NCBI GenBank assembly: GCA_963760795.1
Contig: CAVXEP010000004.1
Span: 64,001-128,000 of the forward strand
DNA: 64,000 nucleotides
From: an uncultured delta proteobacterium
Lineage (GTDB): Bacteria > Desulfobacterota > Binatia > UBA9968
Direction: 5' to 3'
Shown here piece after piece: positions 1 through 9,899 of this stretch. Positions within the stretch are counted from its first letter, which is position 1, and every line of letters starts with the position of its first letter. The notes under the pieces are model-generated. The model worked only from the letters and a program-made list of their open reading frames with translations, had not been told where the DNA came from and made no database searches. Made by a program: the position numbers and the translations under genes.

Positions 1-115
1 GTAGGATTTGTCACAATCCTAATGGAAAAAATCGCGGTTGTCGACGCGCTCCAGGGCCGGCACGTGTTGACACTACCGGGCCGTCTCATTTACCGTGCCG
101 AACATCGGAGGAATC

Positions 116-1099
116 ATGAAATTCTGGCTCGCATCATTGCTCGCAACCTTAATTCTAGCATCGTCCGCACAGGCACAAACCCTCGATCAACTGATCGCCG
201 GCGCCAAGAACGAAGGCAAGCTGGTAATCTACGCCTCCGCCGCGGCCCAGCAGCTGCAGATGTACATGGCCGCCTTCGGCAAACGCTACCCATTTATCAA
301 GACCGAATACTTCCGCACCGACAAACAGAAACTGGTCACCCGCGTTCTCCTGGAAGAGCAAGCCAAGCAGCGCCTGGCCGACGTGGTTCACACCAGCGTC
401 ATCGAAACCCATATCTTGAAAAAGCGCGGCGCGCTGAGCCGCTACCTGCCGATGGAAGCGGCGTCCTACCCGAGCCAATACAAAGACCCCGAAGGTTACT
501 GGACTTCGGTTTACGCCAGCGGCACGCTGATGGGCTTCAACACCCGCCAGGTCAAGCGCGCCGAAGCGCCGAAGAGCTACGACGACCTCTTGAACCCGCG
601 CTGGAAGAACGCCATCGCCGTCGACAACACCAAGATCGAATGGTTCTCCATGCTGCTCAAGCTCAAGGGCCGCGGATTTATGGAAAAACTCGCGGCGCAA
701 AACGGACCGGTGATGGCCGGTAATACCAATTTGCTTAATCTGCTCGCCGCCGGCGAGTTCGCCATCATGGCCGGAGTGTACGAGTACTCCGTCGATAATT
801 TGAAGAACAAAGGCGCGCCGGTGGACTGGATCGGCCTCGAACCGGTGATCGTCTACACCGTCGCCGCTTCGTTGCCATCGCAACCGGCCCATCCTTTCGC
901 CGCCAAGCTGTTCATCGAATGGCTGCTCACCAAGGAAGGCCAGGACGTGATCAATCAATACGGCCGCGTTCCCATCCGTGACGACATCGACTCGAAATAC
1001 GGCAGGCTTTTAAAGCAACACAAACTACTCATGACCGACGTCGACCTGAGCCAACGCGAAGTCGAAGTCAACGAGATGATCCGGAAGTTGTTCCGGTGA
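116..1099 (+). CDS. ABC transporter extracellular solute-binding protein (Fe3+/AfuA-like family)
   Basis: GGAGG RBS before ATG 116; signal peptide ending AQA; AKNEGKLVIY start and HPFAAKLFIEWLLTKEGQ C-terminal motif. Confidence 0.85.
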   Translation: MKFWLASLLATLILASSAQAQTLDQLIAGAKNEGKLVIYASAAAQQLQMYMAAFGKRYPFIKTEYFRTDKQKLVTRVLLEEQAKQRLADVVHTSVIETHILKKRGALSRYLPMEAASYPSQYKDPEGYWTSVYASGTLMGFNTRQVKRAEAPKSYDDLLNPRWKNAIAVDNTKIEWFSMLLKLKGRGFMEKLAAQNGPVMAGNTNLLNLLAAGEFAIMAGVYEYSVDNLKNKGAPVDWIGLEPVIVYTVAASLPSQPAHPFAAKLFIEWLLTKEGQDVINQYGRVPIRDDIDSKYGRLLKQHKLLMTDVDLSQREVEVNEMIRKLFR

Positions 1100-1103
1100 A
1101 TTC

Positions 1104-1201
1104 TTTTGTGCCCTTTGCGTTCTTTGCGGCCAAACTCCCCATTCCGAACCAGGCCGGTCCCGACCGACCTACTTTGTGAACTTTGTGCTCTTTGTGGTGA
1201 A
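1104..1201. repeat. CTTTGTG/CTTTGCG short tandem repeat tracts
   Basis: CTTTTGTGCCCTTTGCGTTCTTTGCGGC and CTTTGTGAACTTTGTGCTCTTTGTGGTGAA; related tracts near 9090, 12346-12462 and 34705. Confidence 0.7.
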
Positions 1202-1218
1202 TTCCCTGTCTTTCTGAA

Positions 1219-3636
1219 TTGAGGCTCGTCATCGCCACCGAACAACTTCACACCTACTGCGCCATGTGCACGTCGCGTTGCGGTGTCATCGCGACGGTCG
1301 ACGACGGCCGGCTCACGCAGGTCAATGCCGATCCCGATCATCCCAACGGCTGTATTTGCGTCAAAGGCACCGCCGCGCCGGAGATCGTCTACTCGCCGGA
1401 CCGTCTGCTTCGGCCTCTGCTGCGCACCCGCGCCAAAGGCGACCCCAACCCCGGCTGGGTGGAGATCACTTGGAATCAAGCGCTCAGTCTTGCCGCGCTG
1501 CGCCTCAGTGACATCAAAGACAACTACGGCGCCGAAGCCGTGGTGTTTTCGCGCGCAACGACCGCCGGCACCGCTGCCATCGACTTCGACGGCTGGGTGC
1601 AGCGCTTGGCCAATGCTTTCGGCAGTCCGAATTTACTCACGTCGAATCACATCTGCACCTGGAACCGCCGCGTCGGCTCCAAATACACCTATGGCAGCGG
1701 CATACCGCTGCCCGACCTCGACAACACTCAGTGCATGCTCATCTGGGGCATCAATCCACCGGCAACTTCGCCGGCCCAAGCCATGCGCATCACTCGCGCG
1801 CGCAATCGCGGCGCCAAGCTGATCGTCATCGACCCGCGCAAAACAACTCTCGCGGCCAAGGCCGACTGCTGGCTGCGCATTCGTCCCGGCAAAGACGGCG
1901 AGCTGGCGATGGCGATGATCCACGTATTGCTGGAAGAAAATCTGTTCGACGCCGATTTCGCGCGCGCCTGGACCAACGGCCCATTCTTAATTCGCTCCGA
2001 CAACAATCAACTGCTGACGGAACTGGACCTCATTGCCGGTGGCGATTCTCGCACTCATTACGTCAGCGATGAAGGAAGCGGCCGTCTAATCCCGCTTCGA
2101 GCCCAGAGGAGCGCGGGTTTTCCAACCCGCGACAAAAACGCGGACAAGAATGTCCGCGCTCCTATCGAACCAGTAAAGCGCAACGCTGCTCTGTTCGGTG
2201 CATACGAAGTAACGCTCGCCGGCGGCAAGACCGTTACTTGCCGACCTGCTCTTGAAGTCTTGAAAGAAGCTGCCGCCCATTTCGCACCGGAGCGAAGCGA
2301 ACAGATCACCACAGTACCAGCAGCGGAAGTTCGCAGAGCTGTCCGGCTATTCGCCAAAGAAAAGCCGTCAAGCTACTGCACCTGGGTCGGCCTCGAACAA
2401 GACAACGACGCCATGCAAACCAACCGCGCCGTTTCTATCTTCTACGCGCTCACCGGACAATTCGACCAGCGCGGCAGCAATGTGCTATTCGCCACAACAC
2501 CGACGAATCCAATTAACGGCCGCGAGCTACTAGCGAAAGAGCAGGGAAGATTACGCCTCGGCCTCGACAGCCACCCACTCGGGCCACCGGCAGATCCAGG
2601 CTTAGTCCAAGCCGCCGAAGTCTACGACGCGATCCTCACCGGCAAACCGTATCCGGTAAAAGCGGCAGTCTTGTTCGGCACCGATCCTCTCTTAGGCCAC
2701 GGCGACCCGCTGCGCGGCAAAGCCGCCCTCGAAGCGCTCGACTTCTACGTGCACGTCGACACAACGCTAAATCCCAGCGCCCACTTCGCCGACTTGATAT
2801 TGCCGGCAACCACCTGCTGGGAGCGCGAAGCGTTGCTGCCCTTCTCCGAAATCGCCGAGGATACGATGAACTGGGCACAGCTGCGCCCGGCAGTCGCCAA
2901 AGCCGTTGGCGAGTCGCGCTCCGAAGCGGAGATCGTCTTCGACTTGGCCAAGCGTTTGGACCTGACCGAACATTTCTTCGGCGGCAATATCGAAGCCGCC
3001 CTCGCCTATCAACTCGCGCCGTCTGGATTAACGACCGAGCAGCTGCGAGCCAACCCAATCGGCATGCGCGCTTCAGTCTCAACGCGACACAGAAAATATG
3101 CCGAGATCGATACCGTCACAGGGCAGGCCAAAGGGTTCAACACACCGACAGGCAAGATCGAAATCTATTCGACAGCGTTCGCCAACGCCGGCTATCCGCC
3201 CATCCCCCACTTCGAATCGAACGAACCAGAAAACGCCAACTATCCGCTCACGCTGACATTCTACCGCGACATCCACTTCTGCGACCAACAACACCGCAAC
3301 ATCCCACGCCTGCGCCGCGCCTTGCCCGAACCATTCGTCGAAATACATCCGAGCACAGCGGAGGCCAATGGAATTGCCGAAGGTGAATGGATGATTGTGG
3401 AAACCGCGACCGGCAAAGTAAAACTGAAAGCGAAATTCAACGACTCATTACACCCGCATGTCGTCGCCACCGTCTACGGTTGGTGGCAGGGCTGCCAAGA
3501 ACTGAAGCTCAACGGCCACGATCCGTTCAGTGCGAACGGCGCGAATGCAAATCTTTTGATTCCGAACAGGGACAACGATCGGATCAGTGCATCGGTCGCA
3601 CATCGTGGCCAGCGATGTCGAGTGATCAAGCAATAG
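1219..3636 (+). CDS. Molybdopterin (Mo/W-bisPGD) oxidoreductase, DMSO reductase superfamily
   Basis: CAMCTSRC...C [4Fe-4S] motif, KLIVIDPR, ADLILPA..WE, GFNTPTGKIEI, VEIHP; no Tat signal; start uncertain. Confidence 0.9.
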   Translation: MRLVIATEQLHTYCAMCTSRCGVIATVDDGRLTQVNADPDHPNGCICVKGTAAPEIVYSPDRLLRPLLRTRAKGDPNPGWVEITWNQALSLAALRLSDIKDNYGAEAVVFSRATTAGTAAIDFDGWVQRLANAFGSPNLLTSNHICTWNRRVGSKYTYGSGIPLPDLDNTQCMLIWGINPPATSPAQAMRITRARNRGAKLIVIDPRKTTLAAKADCWLRIRPGKDGELAMAMIHVLLEENLFDADFARAWTNGPFLIRSDNNQLLTELDLIAGGDSRTHYVSDEGSGRLIPLRAQRSAGFPTRDKNADKNVRAPIEPVKRNAALFGAYEVTLAGGKTVTCRPALEVLKEAAAHFAPERSEQITTVPAAEVRRAVRLFAKEKPSSYCTWVGLEQDNDAMQTNRAVSIFYALTGQFDQRGSNVLFATTPTNPINGRELLAKEQGRLRLGLDSHPLGPPADPGLVQAAEVYDAILTGKPYPVKAAVLFGTDPLLGHGDPLRGKAALEALDFYVHVDTTLNPSAHFADLILPATTCWEREALLPFSEIAEDTMNWAQLRPAVAKAVGESRSEAEIVFDLAKRLDLTEHFFGGNIEAALAYQLAPSGLTTEQLRANPIGMRASVSTRHRKYAEIDTVTGQAKGFNTPTGKIEIYSTAFANAGYPPIPHFESNEPENANYPLTLTFYRDIHFCDQQHRNIPRLRRALPEPFVEIHPSTAEANGIAEGEWMIVETATGKVKLKAKFNDSLHPHVVATVYGWWQGCQELKLNGHDPFSANGANANLLIPNRDNDRISASVAHRGQRCRVIKQ
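2107..2163. repeat. REP-like inverted doublet inside the CDS (57 nt, in frame)
   Basis: AGGAGCGCGG...CCGCGCTCCT terminal inverted repeat with two internal 8-bp hairpins. Confidence 0.75.
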
Positions 3637-3854
3637 CGGACAGCGTCGAGAGAATGTTAGGCAAGGCGGCGCGGGAACTTGGCGAGCGTGTCGACGCGTT
3701 CGATCTTGCTGCGAAGATCCTAGCTTTCTGGAAAATATCACATTAACTCAAGCGAGACTGATAGCAGCTACCCTGATGCTTAGCCGAGGGCGAGCCTTAT
3801 TATTCAACGATTCCATTCCTGTTGGGGCTCAGCAGCAACTCGTTACCCCATTAA

Positions 3855-4820
3855 TCAGTTTAAGGCCAGAAACAACTCCTCCACCGCCATCTTCTTCGCC
3901 ATCAATCCCTGATCGAGCGAATAGCCGACGAAACGTTCCAGATTGGCGCGGTTGTTTTCCAAACCCAACGGCCAGGGATCACCCAGCAACTTTTCTTCTT
4001 CCTCGAAAGCTTGTCTGCCCCATGCGAGCCACGACCAGTTCGGATCGGCGTAGAACTCGCGGCAGATCTTTTTGGCTTCGCCAAATGCTTTGAACAGGCT
4101 AGAGGCGGCTTCGGGATACTTCTTCAGAACGTCATCTTTGAACGCGACCACATGCATGATCGGAAAGAAGCCGTTCTTTTTGTAGTAGCGCAGGTCGGCG
4201 GCTTTGGGATCGTCGAACAGCCGCTTGATTTTCTTCGAGCCGCGCAGCACCGGCTTGGGCGGGTGCGGCGTCATCATCGCGCTGATCTCGCCCTTCTCCA
4301 GCATGTCGCCGGCGTTGGCGCTCTCCGCCAGCTGCTCGATCTTCACGCCCTTTTCCGGCTCGAATTCGATATTGTCTTTTTTGCTGAGCAGCCAGTGGAT
4401 CTTGCGCCAGGGCACGTCGAATTCACTCTGCAAGTCGCCCTTGGACAGAGTCGCCAGGGTATTTTGAAAACTGTGCAGGCCGACTTTTTTGCCAATCAAG
4501 TCTTTCGGCTCGTTGATGCCGGCGTCGACATTGATCCACATCTGCGAGTGGCTGAACAGCCGGCGCGGGAATACCGGGATCGCCGTGAACGGCATGCCGC
4601 GGCTCTTGGCCATCAAGTACGACGACAGCGACAACTCGGCAACATCGAACTCGGCTTTTTGCAGCATGCGCTCGTGGCGCTCTTCGCCGTCGCGCTGGCG
4701 GTCCGACTGACCGACGATCAGGACATTCAGATCGATGCCTTCCGCCTGCACCGTGCCGTCGAAGAACGGCACATGCCGGTCGTAGTGCGATAAGGCGATA
4801 GTGATTTTCGGATTTGCCAT
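3855..4820 (-). CDS. 4,5-dihydroxyphthalate decarboxylase-like protein (SBP fold, no signal peptide)
   Basis: YDR..P..DG.V, EFDVAELSLSSY, AIPVFP.R.F.HS, FFPIMH, DPWPLGLE.NR motifs. Confidence 0.8.
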   Translation of the reverse strand: MANPKITIALSHYDRHVPFFDGTVQAEGIDLNVLIVGQSDRQRDGEERHERMLQKAEFDVAELSLSSYLMAKSRGMPFTAIPVFPRRLFSHSQMWINVDAGINEPKDLIGKKVGLHSFQNTLATLSKGDLQSEFDVPWRKIHWLLSKKDNIEFEPEKGVKIEQLAESANAGDMLEKGEISAMMTPHPPKPVLRGSKKIKRLFDDPKAADLRYYKKNGFFPIMHVVAFKDDVLKKYPEAASSLFKAFGEAKKICREFYADPNWSWLAWGRQAFEEEEKLLGDPWPLGLENNRANLERFVGYSLDQGLMAKKMAVEELFLALN

Positions 4821-5171
4821 GCGTTTCCTCCAGGATGAACTACATCAGACCATGACCTTCATCGCTTCAATCCGCTAGCAATGCCTCAAGAACAAATAAA
4901 CGTAGCTCGTTTCTGGGGAAGCCTCCAACTGTTCCAGCAACGACGAATCTGGGCACATCGTTCCGAAATAGCAGCTTCAAGAACGGCGCTTGCTCGACTA
5001 GCGTAACGGCTATCGCCGAATGGCCGGCGTAGTTGAAATGATGATCGTTGGTTCTCTTCTAACCTAAGCGGGCATACCGCGGCCGTTGCACAGCCGAGAT
5101 AGAAGTCGGATTGCAATGCGGCTTGGGTTCGAGCTTGCGAAGCGCAGTCTTGACCAGTTGGCCGCTTCGTC

Positions 5172-5348
5172 TCACTTCGATTTGGTCGCTTCCTTAACAG
5201 AATCCACCGCTTTCTCCATCGCTTGACCCGCCTCTTTAGCCGCTTTGTCAATTTCTTTACCGGCCTTCTCCCCAGGACCTTCTTTTTGGCAAGCCGAAAG
5301 AGTCAATCCCAAAAGCACCACGGTAACTAGCAAGTTTAATTTTGACAT
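5172..5348 (-). CDS. Small lipoprotein, 58 aa (below the ORF-track cutoff)
   Basis: AGGAGG RBS; MSKLNLLVTVVLLGLTLSAC lipobox then QKEGPGEKAGKEIDKAAKEAG helical repeats. Confidence 0.85.
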   Translation of the reverse strand: MSKLNLLVTVVLLGLTLSACQKEGPGEKAGKEIDKAAKEAGQAMEKAVDSVKEATKSK

Positions 5349-5417
5349 ATCTGCGCGCCTCCTGTTTATTTTATGGTCATACTACCCATCTCAGAATCCT
5401 GCAATGATCAATTGCCG

Positions 5418-6741
5418 TCAGGCTACTACCAGTAGCTTGGTGAGATCTCGAACGCTGCTTATCGACTCGATGCGACGAACCGAATCGATAATCTGATCGA
5501 CATTATTTTTCCCCAGCACCGGCTCCATCAACCACGCCGCTTTCTTTTCGACTTCTTCCGGGTTCATGGGATTTTCCGGACGGCCGCGGCAGTCGATCAC
5601 ATGCTCGCGCACCATTCCGACCGTCTTTCAGCGTGACTTCGACCAGACCCTGGAATCGATGGCCGGATTTTTCCATCTCGTCGTCGGCAATCAGTTGAAC
5701 TTTTTCCTTGAGCGCCAGTACCCGCGGGTTTTGAAATCGCGCGTAATCATGGGCCATGTCGAAGGTCAGCTTCCCTTCGATCAAGATTGCCGCCACCATG
5801 AACTGCACGTTGACATCAGGCATATGGCGGTTGTTGACCGTGCGCGCGCCGCTCTCGGGAATGCGCACGACCACCTTGCTGATCTCATCGGCATTAACCG
5901 ATTGCTTGGCGAGCATCGCCAAGGTCGCGTCGACAGTCTCCATCATCGGCGAACCGACCGGATATTTCTTGATCAGACAACTGGTGATGGTGAAGCGCTG
6001 GCCGAGCTCGGCGAGAATTTTCGCCGGATCGCAGGGAGCGTAAGTCTTGATGATTCCCTGATCGCCTTCAAGCACGTCACGATTGCCGGTGAAGCCCGAC
6101 TTGATCAAAAGCGCCGCCGTGACACCGTTGCGCGCGGGCATGGCCGCATAGTCGAAGGCTTTTTCGATATGATCGTCATCGCCGACCCAGGCGCGCGATC
6201 CCGACGCTTGTTGCGCCGCATAGGAAATTAAATAACGCATTTGCATGGCATCCAAGGCAGCCAGCGTGCCGGCAGCGGTGGCGCAGCCGAACGTCGCGCC
6301 AAACGTCGTCGATCGCGGCTCGAAAGCTTGATGGAAGCGAAAGCCGATGTCGTACCCGAGTATAACCGCGCGCAGCAAAGCTTCGCCGCCGCGGTTTTGC
6401 GACTCTGCCAGCGCCAGCGCGGCAGGCACGATCGCACAGCCGGGATGAAGCTGACTGTTGGAATCGTCGGTCTCGTCGGCATGCCCCGACATGCCGTTGG
6501 CGAAAGCCGCCATGATCGGCGTCGTTTTGAAATTCGTACCCAGGACGCTGCACTCTTCCCGGCCACCCTGCTCGCGCGCGTGTTGCAGGCCAAGCTTGCC
6601 GGGCTTCAACGTCGATCCGGAGACCACCGCTGCCAGCGAATCCAAAAGATGGCTTTTGCCCTTTTGCACGACATGCGCCGGCAATAGAACCTGTCGCGCC
6701 GCCAACATGTATTCGACTAAGGAATCGATAATTTTCGCCAT
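5418..6741 (-). CDS. MmgE/PrpD family protein, +1 frameshift near 5616
   Basis: ANG..GHA.E.DD, HPG, KKYP; C-terminus RGRPENPM continues in ORF 5418-5615. Confidence 0.85.
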
Positions 6742-6789
6742 GGCGCCTCCAAGAGGGAACCCATACTGGACTACTGAAGTGTCGCCCGC

Positions 6790-6810
6790 CTGTCAACATA
6801 AAGTTGACAG
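6790..6810. promoter_or_regulatory. Palindrome giving back-to-back TTGACA boxes between divergent genes
   Basis: CTGTCAAC-ATAAA-GTTGACAG; weak -10 candidates TAGCGT (+, 18 nt spacer) and TAGTCC (-, 17 nt spacer). Confidence 0.5.
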
Positions 6811-6903
6811 CGATCCATCCTGTGGGTTAGCGTGGCCGCACATTCAGTGGAATAAGCAGCCGTCGAACTAGCACTGCAGTCATCGTTGCAAACGGAGGTT
6901 TCG

Positions 6904-8439
6904 ATGCACATAAGCTCCTGGTGCTCTAGGCGCGGAAAGTTTTTCCATCGTATCCTCATCGTCACCGCGGTTTTTCTCGCGATCGGCACGTCTGCACGCC
7001 TCTCATCCGCCCAGTCGCGCAGCCGAGTCATCGTCGCCCATGGCGTCGGCATTTATTCCTTGAATCCTTATGCGGTCAACACCTCACCGCTGGTAGCAGC
7101 TTGGGGTTCGCTCATGGAATCACTCATCGAGCCGGACTACGAGAAGCGCAGCTACCGCGGCGTGTTGGCCGAATCTTGGCAGTTAAAAGGAACCCGGCTT
7201 GAATTCAAATTGCGCAAGGGAGTGCGCTTTCACGACGGCTCGCCGTTCACCGCCGCCGATGTCATCGCTTCGTTCAAACGCATCCTCACCGACAAGAACA
7301 GTTTGCAAGCGCCCAATCTTGAGAATGTCAAAGACATGGAGGCGCCGGACCCCCATACGGTCATCATTAACTTGAAAAGGCTCGATGCCAACATCCTCGA
7401 GGACATCAACAACCGGGTCATCATGAAGAAAGCGGCAGCGGAAAAAATGGGCGAGGCTGACGATCGGCCCGTCGGCACCGGCCCCTTTAAATTCACCAGT
7501 TGGGAACGCAGCGGCCAATTCGTGATCCGCCGCAATGAGAGCTATTGGGGGCAGCCGGCAAAAATCGACGAAGTGGTTTATAAGTCTATACAAGAAGACG
7601 CGGCGCGCATCGCCGCCCTAGAAGCCGGCCAGGTCGATGTCATCAGCAACATCCCGCCGCACGAAGTCGGCCGTTTGAAAGCCAATCCGCGGCTGCGAGT
7701 TCAACAGGTGCAAGGACTGCGGCCGCTCTTTCTCGTGCTCAGCCCGCACTACAAACCGCTCGATAACCCCAAACTGCGGCGCGCCATGAGTCATGCGATC
7801 GATCGCGAGCGGATTATCAAACATATACTGGAAGGCAACGCCTATCCGTTGACCGGTCTGCTCAGTCCTCAGGTGTTCGGCTACGACTCGGGCGCCAAGG
7901 CCTATGCGTACGATCCGGAAAAAGCCAAGCAACTGCTTGTCGAAGCCGGCTTTCCCAACGGTTTTGAGATCGACTACTTCAGTCCAACCGGCAGATATCC
8001 CAAGGACAAGGAAGTCGCTCTGGTGATTGTCGAACAGCTTTCCCGCGTCGGCATTAAAGCCAATCTCAAGACGCCGGAATGGGCGATTTTCAACACCGAT
8101 TATAAGAAAGGCAAATATCCCATGTACCTGACCGGCCGCGGCAGCCTGGTCGACGCCGACGCGCTATTTCAACAATACTTCAGAACCGGTGTCACTCCCC
8201 GCGTGCTCGGCTACAGCAACCCCAAGCTCGATGAAATCCTCGATCTCGAGCAACAAACCTTCGACAGCAAGAAGCGCGAGAAACTGTTGCAAGACGCGCA
8301 TCGAATAATTCTCGAGGACGCGCCAGCGATTCCGTTATGGAACGCCATGGATATTTACGCCCACCGCGCCGATCTTGTCTGGACCGCGCCGCCGGACGAG
8401 AAGGTTCAATTAAAGCAAGCGAGCTTCAAGACGAAATAG
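6904..8439 (+). CDS. ABC transporter substrate-binding protein, family 5 (peptide/nickel)
   Basis: LAESW, FKLRKGVRFHDGSPFTAADV, GTGPFK, YDPEKAKQLL; GGAGG before ATG 6904. Confidence 0.9.
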   Translation: MHISSWCSRRGKFFHRILIVTAVFLAIGTSARLSSAQSRSRVIVAHGVGIYSLNPYAVNTSPLVAAWGSLMESLIEPDYEKRSYRGVLAESWQLKGTRLEFKLRKGVRFHDGSPFTAADVIASFKRILTDKNSLQAPNLENVKDMEAPDPHTVIINLKRLDANILEDINNRVIMKKAAAEKMGEADDRPVGTGPFKFTSWERSGQFVIRRNESYWGQPAKIDEVVYKSIQEDAARIAALEAGQVDVISNIPPHEVGRLKANPRLRVQQVQGLRPLFLVLSPHYKPLDNPKLRRAMSHAIDRERIIKHILEGNAYPLTGLLSPQVFGYDSGAKAYAYDPEKAKQLLVEAGFPNGFEIDYFSPTGRYPKDKEVALVIVEQLSRVGIKANLKTPEWAIFNTDYKKGKYPMYLTGRGSLVDADALFQQYFRTGVTPRVLGYSNPKLDEILDLEQQTFDSKKREKLLQDAHRIILEDAPAIPLWNAMDIYAHRADLVWTAPPDEKVQLKQASFKTK

Positions 8440-8461
8440 CCCGCGCCGCGTTCAAACTGAT

Positions 8462-9004
8462 TCACGGCTCACGCCGAATGGGATCGATCGCCATGAGCAA
8501 CCGCGCCACCCCCGGCCGGTCGGCTGGATTTTGGCTGCGATGGGCGAAGAGAATATTGCCTTCGCGATCGAGTAAGAAGTCGCCACCGGACTGATAGATA
8601 TCATCACCCCTGTAAGCCTCCTGCCTCATGCCGCCGCGCAAAAGTTTCCAGTACAACTTCAACGCGGCGGGCGAGAATACTTGGAACCACGACAACCGCT
8701 TTAAAGCGAAAGCGTTATACGCCTGGCGCTCGGGGTCGGCGAGCATGATGAACGGCCACCGATGGCGCTGTTGGTATTGCGCCAGCTGCGCCGGCTTAGC
8801 AAACGACACCACCGCAACGACGACGCCGCGCCGGCCGAACTCACCATGTCGTTGCCGCACCTCGCCGAGATGCGCTTGGCAAGGCAGTCAAGCCAGGTGA
8901 CGCAGAAAAATCAGCAGGAGATATTTGTCGAATTGTCCGGCGAGACTGGCCGGCTGGCCGTCGAGGGTCAGCAGCGGCAATTGTGCGAGGTCAATCTTTT
9001 CCAC
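8462..9004 (-). CDS. Selenoprotein: SelL/PRXL2-like AhpC-TSA redoxin with UxxC (Sec39)
   Basis: Frame open from GTG 9004 through TGA 8890-8888: FLRHLA-U-LPC-QAHL; C-terminal QSGGDFLLD..G.I...H.S..PADRP; hairpin after the TGA. Confidence 0.85.
8852..8882 (-). promoter_or_regulatory. Putative bacterial SECIS element
   Basis: TTGCC-AAGC-GCATCTC-GGC-GAGGTGC-GGCAA; G-initiated apical loop starts 22 nt after UGA. Confidence 0.65.
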
Positions 9005-9152
9005 GTCGTACGACAAAATTTGCCTGGCTTATCCATGTGGTGATACCGGAGGGCGACCACAGGGGCGACCCCCTACAGTTCGGATTCCCTTTTGTGAACT
9101 TTGCGTTCTTTGCGGCCAATCATCCGAATCCGTTTCATCTTGGTACAAAAAC

Positions 9153-9183
9153 AAAAGGGGCGCTCCGACCTAGCGCCCCTTTT
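9153..9183 (-). terminator. Intrinsic terminator downstream of the RRM gene
   Basis: AAAAGGGGCGCT-N7-AGCGCCCCTTTT with T-rich tail on the minus strand. Confidence 0.8.
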
Positions 9184-9209
9184 CGTTATAGGGAAATAGT
9201 CACTGAAGA

Positions 9210-9563
9210 CTACCAACGATTGCGGCCACCGCCGCCACCACCACCCCCACCACCGCCACCGCGGCGCTCGCCGCCGCGATCGCCGAAACCACCGCCGCCA
9301 CCGCCGGGACGTCTTTCCTGGGGCCGCGCTTCGTTGACCGTCAAGTTGCGACCTTCGAAGTCGGTGCCGTTGAGGGCTTGGATCGCCTTCTGCGCTTCGT
9401 CCGAGTTGGCCATCTCGACGAATCCGAAACCACGCGAACGACCGGTGAACTTATCCGTGATCACCCGGGCCGACTCCACCGCGCCGTGGGTCGAGAACAG
9501 GTCCTGTAGTTGTGCATCCGTGGTCGCGTACGGCAAACCACCCACGTAAATTTTACTGCTCAT
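9210..9563 (-). CDS. RRM RNA-binding protein with Gly-rich tail
   Basis: RNP2 IYVGGL, RNP1 RGFGFVEM, VNEARP, poly-Gly C-terminus; AGGAG RBS before ATG 9563. Confidence 0.95.
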   Translation of the reverse strand: MSSKIYVGGLPYATTDAQLQDLFSTHGAVESARVITDKFTGRSRGFGFVEMANSDEAQKAIQALNGTDFEGRNLTVNEARPQERRPGGGGGGFGDRGGERRGGGGGGGGGGGGRNRW

Positions 9564-9899
9564 GCTCTCTCCTTTTAAACATCGGTTATGGTCTTTGCCC
9601 TGAGCACTGATCACCGCTGGCAGCAGAACATGGAGGATAGACACGCTCTGGTCGGATTGTCCGCGTGGCACCGAACTGCAAGGTAAGACGCCCTAGACCT
9701 TCAACTTTACTTTTATTTGTCACTATCAGAAGGCCCCATACTGATGTGTAAAAAAAGCTTAACTTAATCGGCCCGCCGCGTGCAAGCCTAAAAAGGGTGA
9801 AATTTTCGCCCCTAAAACCACGGCCAACGGTTGCAGCAGCGGTGATTTTCGTATTAATGAGTTCTAATCTTAAGCGAATTTTACAAGGAGGAGTAGACG

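Noticed and set aside
5610-5620. Programmed ribosomal frameshifting at the split genes
   Set aside because: No shared slippery sequence or stimulatory structure; unrelated families are affected, which fits sequencing indels
8983-9549. Poly-proline ORF
   Set aside because: Antisense of the poly-Gly tail of the RRM gene
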